Sequence record: MW021758.1
Strand: one strand, 5' to 3'
DNA: 64,000 nucleotides
Part shown: one piece after another, positions 57,625 through 64,000 of the stretch
Layout of the letters: each line of letters begins with the position of its first letter
Numbering within the stretch: the first letter of the stretch is position 1
Notes under the pieces: generated by a model
Database searches by the model: none
Told to the model about the DNA's origin: nothing
Seen by the model: only the letters and a program-made list of their open reading frames with translations
Program-made: the position numbers and the translations under genes

Positions 57625-57761
57625 AGTTAGTGGGGATCCATCCCCGCTTGTAGCTGAATCTCACTTAGTTACCGACAATCGACCCTGGAGTTAATTGAAC
57701 TAAATGATTACTTGATGCAGCTTCTACATACTTAAACTTGTTGCGTAAAAAAAGATCTAAA

Positions 57762-57920
57762 TCAACGTTTTGCCAAGATCGCTTTCTTGTTCTTCTTACG
57801 CTTATCGGCGTTATGGAATTCTTTAGCAACCTTCTGGGGAATGCCTGCTTCTTCAGCGAACTCTTTGTCGTGGGCAGCGGCAGCCATGAATTGCTCTTGT
57901 TTCTTACTGGTACTAGGCAT
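57762..57920 (-). CDS. 52-aa basic protein missed by the ORF track
   Basis: AGAGGA RBS. MPSTSKKQEQFMAAAAHDKEFAEEAGIPQKVAKEFHNADKRKKNKKAILAKR resembles a small phage family I recall (MPS.SKKQ..FMAA.AH...FA...GIPQ.V.KEF). Confidence 0.75.
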   Translation of the reverse strand: MPSTSKKQEQFMAAAAHDKEFAEEAGIPQKVAKEFHNADKRKKNKKAILAKR

Positions 57921-57988
57921 GGTGGTGTTTCCTCTTAATTGTACATAAACAACATAGACCGGCCAGGTTTCCCCAGCCGGCTTATGGA

Positions 57989-58243
57989 CTAGCTAAGTTT
58001 AAGACCATCGAGATTAATGACTCGGTAGGACATTACCTTGTCCGTCTCCATGACTTCTAAGATCGCAGGAAACAAGCTTACCCCTGTCTCTATAGCGATC
58101 CCGGTCAGTGATTTCTCTAAGATGCTTTCATCTAGGTCTTCTGAACCTAGTTGGTCTGCGAACCACTTGATTGCATCGAAAACGCACTTGTACGTTTGGA
58201 TGAGGAAAACACCGTGTCCTTCTTTACTTTCCAATACTTTCAC
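57989..58243 (-). CDS. Hypothetical protein
   Basis: 84 aa with a 4-nt overlap with the upstream gene. Confidence 0.65.
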   Translation of the reverse strand: MKVLESKEGHGVFLIQTYKCVFDAIKWFADQLGSEDLDESILEKSLTGIAIETGVSLFPAILEVMETDKVMSYRVINLDGLKLS

Positions 58244-59154
58244 ACTGACTTCCTTCTAGTATCTTTAGGAGAGCCGATGAAGAACCAATCAATCCATTCA
58301 GGATGACGGGAGTTCAATCGACGGTAGATCTGCGGCATCGGTAAACGAGTCTCTTTGTGGTACGAAACTACATTACGGTATTCCTTACCTTTTACACATA
58401 CCTGATTTCTCCCGATACCAAAGTCAGGCTTCTTCCCATTCCCCTGGTGTTGGGTATTGGGTTGATCTTTACGGTCAGGTAATAACTCCCCAACGCGTCT
58501 TTCTCCCTCTTCGTAGATCCCTCTATTGTTTCTGACGTAGTTAGACATCTGACTACCTACATCTTCGGATTCCTTCCGATCGGATACTTCAAAGTAAATC
58601 CCTTTAATACGTTTATCATCACCCGCATCAAATATCTTTTGGTAGATATTCACCTTGTGGTGTTTGCCGACCAGATATGCACTTTCCTGTACAAAGTCAG
58701 CTAATGGGTTACGGGTTGCTTTAACGTAGTAAAATGCGCAGTGTACAGGTCGGAACCAAACTACGCCATTCATCCATCCGTTATCGTAAGGTGTACGAGA
58801 GATCTTCGTAACCTTAGAAAGATCAGGGACGTTTTTAGATTCCCCAGATAATGCCAAGGAGAATGTAAATGAATCTTTTCTGTACGAGGACTCAACCAAT
58901 TTGAATCCCAACAGATCTGCGAAGTAATAACTCGTGGAAGCATCTAATTCGCCGTATGCTTCCTGCATGAATTCGGGAAGCGTTTCTTTACGGGCACCAG
59001 ACAAGATGCATTTCACCATGTAGTCTACGGCCATTTGCCAGACTAGATTAAAACCTGGCTCTGAGCCTACCATATCCTTCAATAACTTTTTTAGTTTGAA
59101 GGTTGGTGTAATGATTAATTTCTTTGTCCCGGCCATTTTCCGAAACTCCCTCAT
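58240..59154 (-). CDS. Hypothetical protein with a C-terminal NUMOD1/HTH-like domain
   Basis: The C-terminal VKGKEYRNVVSYHKETRLPMPQIYRRLNSRHPEWIDWFFIG resembles the repeats of the 47238-48584 endonuclease. Confidence 0.65.
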   Translation of the reverse strand: MREFRKMAGTKKLIITPTFKLKKLLKDMVGSEPGFNLVWQMAVDYMVKCILSGARKETLPEFMQEAYGELDASTSYYFADLLGFKLVESSYRKDSFTFSLALSGESKNVPDLSKVTKISRTPYDNGWMNGVVWFRPVHCAFYYVKATRNPLADFVQESAYLVGKHHKVNIYQKIFDAGDDKRIKGIYFEVSDRKESEDVGSQMSNYVRNNRGIYEEGERRVGELLPDRKDQPNTQHQGNGKKPDFGIGRNQVCVKGKEYRNVVSYHKETRLPMPQIYRRLNSRHPEWIDWFFIGSPKDTRRKSV

Positions 59155-59236
59155 AATTCCCTAATGTCTACATTAAGTCAAACATGCGTACATTTTAACG
59201 TAAGGACAAAAGAAAAAGATTTAGGATAATACAACT

Positions 59237-59262
59237 CCCACCTACCGGTTAGGGTAGGTGGG
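59237..59262. terminator. Hairpin terminator
   Basis: CCCACCTACC-GGTTAG-GGTAGGTGGG. Confidence 0.7.
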
Positions 59263-59277
59263 TTTATGACAAATTAC

Positions 59278-59547
59278 TTACTTGATACCGTTGATGATAT
59301 TTACCCAGAGAGTAACGATCTCATCTACTAATGGGACATCTTTTGCCGGAACCTGGAAGATATTAGTTGTTCCTTCCCGGTCAATCGTCACTTGTACGGT
59401 ACCTAACGGCATGGCCATTTTGGCGTAGCTGATACCCGTAATACCCATAATCGAGTAATGGCTCAAAACACCACTGACTTTGATGCGTAGTACGGGGAGT
59501 TTCCCATTAGGGTTGATAATGGAGTATTCCATCAGATCTGTTCCCAT
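59278..59547 (-). CDS. Small protein, possible PH-like fold
   Basis: Beta-strand-rich with a single C-terminal helix. Confidence 0.55.
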   Translation of the reverse strand: MGTDLMEYSIINPNGKLPVLRIKVSGVLSHYSIMGITGISYAKMAMPLGTVQVTIDREGTTNIFQVPAKDVPLVDEIVTLWVNIINGIK

Positions 59548-59822
59548 GCAGCCAAGAACTCATTGATTGCTTCCTGGGCGCCCTTGCGGTAGTTGAACGT
59601 GTACTTCGCCGATTGGGTGATGATAGTAATCACCCCTTCACCGCCGTTGCGTGCAGCCTGGTGAACGGCAGAGATGCTCGCTAAGCGAATGGAGTATACT
59701 TTCGTATCGATACAGAAAGAAACTTTACGGGAGTAGCTAGAATTAAGTCTACCCTCAGACGGCTTACTCAACGTCACGGAGAATAAGTTATCTGCTACTG
59801 AATCACAAGTTACTTCGATCAT
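59532..59822 (-). CDS. Small protein, possible PH-like fold
   Basis: SIRLASISAV...GVITIIT...YTF...AINEFLAAW pattern. Confidence 0.55.
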   Translation of the reverse strand: MIEVTCDSVADNLFSVTLSKPSEGRLNSSYSRKVSFCIDTKVYSIRLASISAVHQAARNGGEGVITIITQSAKYTFNYRKGAQEAINEFLAAWEQI

Positions 59823-59839
59823 GTCGTGCTCCTAATTAA

Positions 59840-60394
59840 TTAAGCGGTTGGTGGACTATGGCGTTCGATCAGGGTGACCACTCCTTCTCTACGATGGTAA
59901 GCAAACGCTTTGTAATCGCTAGAGAGGAAATCAAATCCACCCAGGTTAATGAAGTTACGTTCCTTTAAGATACCGTACTCATAAACAGCCCCGGTTTTAT
60001 CTACCAGAATGAAACCTTCTACTTCTAAAAAGTTATCCTGGGTAGCAAACATGATTTCTGACCAGGTGGTTGGATGGAACTTAATGTTACGTCCAGCCGA
60101 TAACGTACCATCAGAGTTTACACCCTTTGGCCATGTATTACCCGCTTCCCAGGTAATACTGCTGTCTCCTCCTACATTGAGAACGGTATGAGGGTGTTCG
60201 TTAATGTCATCAACCACTTTCCCCCAGTCCATGTAGTACAGCGTAGGTAGAGTAGCTAATCCATATCGTTCACTGATGCTCTTTACCCATCCCTTGATAC
60301 GAGCTACTGGAAAGTTATCTAGCTCTACTCGTAATGTATCTGTTAAACTGCTCATTCCATTAGTTACAGTTATTACTAAATGAGTATTATTCAT
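59840..60394 (-). CDS. Hypothetical protein
   Basis: 184-aa ORF. Confidence 0.7.
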   Translation of the reverse strand: MNNTHLVITVTNGMSSLTDTLRVELDNFPVARIKGWVKSISERYGLATLPTLYYMDWGKVVDDINEHPHTVLNVGGDSSITWEAGNTWPKGVNSDGTLSAGRNIKFHPTTWSEIMFATQDNFLEVEGFILVDKTGAVYEYGILKERNFINLGGFDFLSSDYKAFAYHRREGVVTLIERHSPPTA

Positions 60395-60580
60395 GATTAT
60401 TACTCTTTATCAATAGAGTTAATTTAACCTTACTTAACTCTCTTTTTACCCAAGATGTATTCCTTTCATCACTACGTTCTTCAGTCATACGGGTACTTAT
60501 TAGTCACAGGCCTACGGCCGTGACCTGAGAGGTATTGTTTTGACAAAATAAAGAGAAGTGACGTAAAAAATGAGAGGTTA

Positions 60581-61174
60581 TTACTGTTTAAGTACAAACT
60601 TGAATAACGGATTGATAACACCATCATCCGTGAAGTAAGTACACGAATACAATTCACAACCGAATACTGAACCAACCATATCAGCCATAACTACATTGAC
60701 TGAACCAGTAGGACAAGGTTGTTCAAACTCATCTTCAACGAACAGATCAGGGTTAGGTTCGACATACACGGCTAACATATCCGGATAGCACAATGCAATC
60801 TTTTCACGGATGGTAACTTTCAACCATTCGCAATACTGGTTGACGGAGAAGTCATCCATGTTTGGGACAATCGTCGTCAGACGGGCCTCTAAGGCACGAA
60901 CAAGTCTCTGGGTTACCAGAGTGACACCTTTAACACCCGTGGCCTGTAGCGTCTCACAGACCTCACGTACGGGGTATTGATATTCATCCAAGCAAGATGC
61001 CCCGCCAGCGAAGTTGAACTTAACTTCTTTGATGACATCGAACTTAGGGATTGCAACTGAAACGCAATGAAGTTCACTGCGGGAATCTGCATCAGGTACC
61101 GAGCCAGAGAACAGAACAGACTTAACTACAGATGCCAGGTATTCATCGCCATTTACTTTGCCAGGATAGTTCAT
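60581..61174 (-). CDS. Hypothetical protein
   Basis: 197 aa with a GAAGGA RBS, followed by a hairpin at 60503-60524. Confidence 0.7.
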   Translation of the reverse strand: MNYPGKVNGDEYLASVVKSVLFSGSVPDADSRSELHCVSVAIPKFDVIKEVKFNFAGGASCLDEYQYPVREVCETLQATGVKGVTLVTQRLVRALEARLTTIVPNMDDFSVNQYCEWLKVTIREKIALCYPDMLAVYVEPNPDLFVEDEFEQPCPTGSVNVVMADMVGSVFGCELYSCTYFTDDGVINPLFKFVLKQ

Positions 61175-61259
61175 TTTGTTTTCCTTCTAGAGAGTTGAGT
61201 TGTGAGTTACAGGGGGGAGGTTGTATTCAGTCAGAATAACGTTTAGATCAAAACGATTA

Positions 61260-62114
61260 CTAAGCTTCAGGCGTATCCCAATATTCAGGATTATTGAACA
61301 TTTCCGTAAATGAAACATCCCGACCTTTACGGATATTTACTAATTCCAACGTAGCGCCTTTGAACTGCACGCCAAGATCTACCTTAGTTCCGTAAGGCGA
61401 TCTGAGAAGATATTCCAACGTAGCAGTTAGATGCTCCTCGATAATAAAAGTCTCGCGTTTACCCAACCTTGGATTTTCCCGGCACAGGTCTTCCGTTATA
61501 CCTTGGATAACCCAGGTATAAGCATGATCCACCTCAAGAGTTTTAACCCGACCGCAGTATTCCAGTTTAATACCAGCTTCATTACGTTGGATACCGTAGT
61601 CGTTACGGAACCCATCTCTGCGATCCGCAATTCTATATCCGCGGCGAGCGGCCTGGTTACCGTTTTGACGGCGGTTACGACTATAGGTACCGGATCGCTC
61701 TAAACTATCCCGTAACTCTTCGTAGAGACGATGGTGGTTGGGGCGATCATTTATAGTCAAATCATCGGGACAATGGATTTCAGATTGACCCAACTCGGAC
61801 AAAGTTACAACCGCCTCAACTGGCCCAGATACTTGAAAAGCATACGGCCTTGGTGTTTTAAGTGCTGGGGTCAGACAAGATTCAATATCGTAAACAATAC
61901 CCCTTTTAGCATTATCGCCATAACCGGCCATATGCAGTAATTCATTTACATCACGTATAACTGATGACAGCTGTTCTGTTATTGGTGTCTCTGCATCAAT
62001 ATCGATTATTCTGGCTACAGGACTAATTTCAATTTTCACTGAGCGTTTATTAATAGACATGAGTAACTCCTTGGTTAACTGTTGAGATGATAAATAAATG
62101 CCCGTAGGATTCAC
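61260..62114 (-). CDS. Hypothetical two-domain protein with an Arg-rich linker (start probably ATG at 62060)
   Basis: 284-aa ORF. GGAG precedes the internal MSINKRS. Confidence 0.65.
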   Translation of the reverse strand: MNPTGIYLSSQQLTKELLMSINKRSVKIEISPVARIIDIDAETPITEQLSSVIRDVNELLHMAGYGDNAKRGIVYDIESCLTPALKTPRPYAFQVSGPVEAVVTLSELGQSEIHCPDDLTINDRPNHHRLYEELRDSLERSGTYSRNRRQNGNQAARRGYRIADRRDGFRNDYGIQRNEAGIKLEYCGRVKTLEVDHAYTWVIQGITEDLCRENPRLGKRETFIIEEHLTATLEYLLRSPYGTKVDLGVQFKGATLELVNIRKGRDVSFTEMFNNPEYWDTPEA

Positions 62115-62124
62115 CTACGGGCAT
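62098..62124 (-). terminator. Hairpin terminator
   Basis: ATGCCCGTAGG/CCTACGGGCAT stem with a TTTATTT tail on the minus strand. Confidence 0.75.
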
Positions 62125-62133
62125 ATGACAGGT

Positions 62134-63288
62134 TTAAAGCACAGCTTCGATGCGGACTTCAAGTCCAGGGACTAATTCTACCCAGCGCCCCAGGTTGGTG
62201 ATATGGAACGCATGATAGAGGATAGGCGGAGAAATGTCTTCGCCCAGGTTACGTTTGATCTGGCGAGCTACGCGGTCGATGACCCAGCTAAACCCCCCTT
62301 GTTTACCGTAGACCATATCGTAGGTCAAAACGAAGTTGGTCTTCTTACCATTGGCCTCGGCGGAGCCACGATAGACGATGACCTTACTCATGTCTTCTCC
62401 GCGTTTACATAGTGCCTGAAGTTCCTCGTGCCGAGCCGATAACTTTTTGAATACCTCTTCCACCGAATGTTTACCAACCCGACGTGGGGACACGAGATAT
62501 TGCAGCGTACTACTGGCCCAGTCGGTGATTGGCGAAACAGCGGCCGAGCATACCTTCAATTGTAATTCAGGGTTAGCTAATTCCCGAAGTTCCCAACGAC
62601 CACCGTTCTGAGCTTTGCGGCGATGTAACTCAGAAACCGTACCGATCGCCTCAAGTAATTCCGGAGGCAAATCGATAGTGTCCTTCTTAATAGCCTGCGG
62701 ACTGTCACTGACCGCACCGACTTCCACAGGCGTGAAGATCTGAACGATTTTCTCAGCAGGTTGTCCGACCGGAGTAACTTTTAGAGTGTAGTCACTCCCC
62801 ATGAGGGCTAACTCATTATCCCCAGAACGTAGTTTGCTCCAGTCTTCGTACTTAAGTGAGCTCAAAAACGCCCTGGCCGTCAAAGACAGTCTACGAAGTA
62901 AGTTAACTTTAAACAGCGAGAACATATCGTGGATCTCACCACGATAGCAGATCGTGCGGATCAATCGAGTTGATAGATTCCCAGGAGCTCGGAGAGAAAC
63001 ACTAACACGCTGTAGTTCCAGATCGGTAGGTTTGGATACGCAGGCGGAAATGTTCAGTGAAGTACCGAGTCCAATTACACCGATAAAGCCATCGCGAATA
63101 CGCCACTTGACGCTTTCCATGTAGTTATCGGTTAATTGTTTAAATTCGTCACCGGAGAATACTTCTTTGTTTTCCACAATGGCATCTGACACAGCGTTAA
63201 GGTCATCGACGTCAAAAATACGAGTCAGGCGATGCTGACCATTAACTACGATTTCTACTTTAACCATCTTTTCTTTTTTCACTTTCAA
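62134..63288 (-). CDS. Hypothetical protein with apparent internal domain repeats
   Basis: 384 aa with a GGAG RBS. Confidence 0.7.
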   Translation of the reverse strand: MKVKKEKMVKVEIVVNGQHRLTRIFDVDDLNAVSDAIVENKEVFSGDEFKQLTDNYMESVKWRIRDGFIGVIGLGTSLNISACVSKPTDLELQRVSVSLRAPGNLSTRLIRTICYRGEIHDMFSLFKVNLLRRLSLTARAFLSSLKYEDWSKLRSGDNELALMGSDYTLKVTPVGQPAEKIVQIFTPVEVGAVSDSPQAIKKDTIDLPPELLEAIGTVSELHRRKAQNGGRWELRELANPELQLKVCSAAVSPITDWASSTLQYLVSPRRVGKHSVEEVFKKLSARHEELQALCKRGEDMSKVIVYRGSAEANGKKTNFVLTYDMVYGKQGGFSWVIDRVARQIKRNLGEDISPPILYHAFHITNLGRWVELVPGLEVRIEAVL

Positions 63289-63300
63289 TGCTCCAGGTAA

Positions 63301-63873
63301 TTATTCGATAAAGAGAACGATGCCACACGGGTGTTCGATAGTTGACCCGCGCTCACCATCGTTTGCAAAGTAGCTCAGGATTTCCGTAATGGAATCTTTA
63401 GCTAGACCTGACTCGATTAGCTCCAGATCTTCAGGGAAATTAGTTTCCTTGATTTTAGTAGCCAAGCGACGATGGACTTTTGTTACCGCCTCTTCCAGGC
63501 TATCTCCTTCCATGAGGATGAACGGGCTCTTCTGACCTTTGTACGTAATGTACCCACGACACGCTCCCAGAGAACGTATAACCGGTTTTAATTCTACCGG
63601 AGTATCATCGATAGGGATAACGTACAGCGACAGGTTATAAGCCGCTGAGAGCATCGCGTAATTGTACTGCTCGGTTTCCTGATAATACTTACCCAGGTAT
63701 TCCGGTAATTGTGATGTTAACCCTTCCACGATGACTTTACTTGCCACGCGGCTGAGTTGTTTACGGATTTCTTTGGAGACTTTGCGAACGAACTCTTCTT
63801 TCGTAGTCTCTCCCGGTAACTTAACACGGATAACGTTTTCTTTAACCGTTAAAATGTATTCTTTGTTTTTCAC
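63301..63873 (-). CDS. Hypothetical protein
   Basis: 190 aa with an AAGGAG RBS and a GTG start. Confidence 0.7.
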   Translation of the reverse strand: MKNKEYILTVKENVIRVKLPGETTKEEFVRKVSKEIRKQLSRVASKVIVEGLTSQLPEYLGKYYQETEQYNYAMLSAAYNLSLYVIPIDDTPVELKPVIRSLGACRGYITYKGQKSPFILMEGDSLEEAVTKVHRRLATKIKETNFPEDLELIESGLAKDSITEILSYFANDGERGSTIEHPCGIVLFIE

Positions 63874-63884
63874 AACAGGCTCCT

Positions 63885-64000
63885 TTAAACTTTCCGGAAC
63901 AAGACTTCCGTTTCATCCAGTGTATCCATTTTAGACGAGCCGTTGAGATAAAGGTTTTCCAACGCCTCTTGGATGTCGTCTGGCTCAGGGCAGAGCATTA
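63885..64000 (-). CDS. 3' end of a gene extending beyond the window
   Basis: Open frame ...LCPEPDDIQEALENLYLNGSSKMDTLDETEVLFRKV ending in TAA at 63885-63887. Confidence 0.55.
   Translation of the reverse strand, partial: MLCPEPDDIQEALENLYLNGSSKMDTLDETEVLFRKV

Noticed and set aside
57625-57705. Additional tRNA-like unit at the start of the array
   Set aside because: Only a GGGGA/TCCCC hairpin and a 5-6-bp AT-rich closing stem are present, too weak to call.
55500-57735. CRISPR array, tmRNA, RNase P RNA or cobalamin riboswitch in the non-coding region
   Set aside because: There are no identical direct repeats with spacers, no tmRNA GGGGC/tag-ORF layout and no RNase P CR-I/CR-V. The partial GCAACTGT and AAGCCAGG similarity to cobalamin riboswitches is explained by other pairings and lacks the other conserved elements. 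An Rfam scan is still needed.
60391-60488. 33-aa minus-strand micro-ORF (MTEERSDERN...)
   Set aside because: Short, with no convincing RBS and no recognisable features.

Overview
This 64-kb window comes from a phiKZ-like (Chimalliviridae, nucleus-forming type) jumbo myophage. I infer this from recognisable protein families and gene order, with no database search. Bases 1-47,200 carry the conserved core: a portal-like gene truncated at the window edge, a non-virion RNAP beta-like subunit, the major capsid protein, a DnaB-like helicase, putative neck/baseplate genes, a tandem family of protease-processed internal head proteins, the exonuclease/N-terminal half of the split family-B DNA polymerase, and a virion RNAP beta'-like subunit. 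Bases 47,200-64,000 are mostly accessory: a free-standing GIY-YIG endonuclease, a SLOG/DprA-like protein, an SF2 helicase, GNAT acetyltransferases (three in the whole window) and many small hypothetical genes. The most unusual part is 55.5-57.7 kb on the minus strand. It is a densely packed array of structured RNAs holding only one canonical tRNA (Tyr-GTA), one very atypical tRNA (GCT anticodon) and several tRNA-like units. Two of these are paralogous ~126-nt RNAs with tRNA-type acceptor and T arms that show compensatory base changes relative to each other. Separate ~150-nt and ~225-nt multi-stem RNAs also lie in this region. All RNA structures were folded by eye and need computational confirmation.
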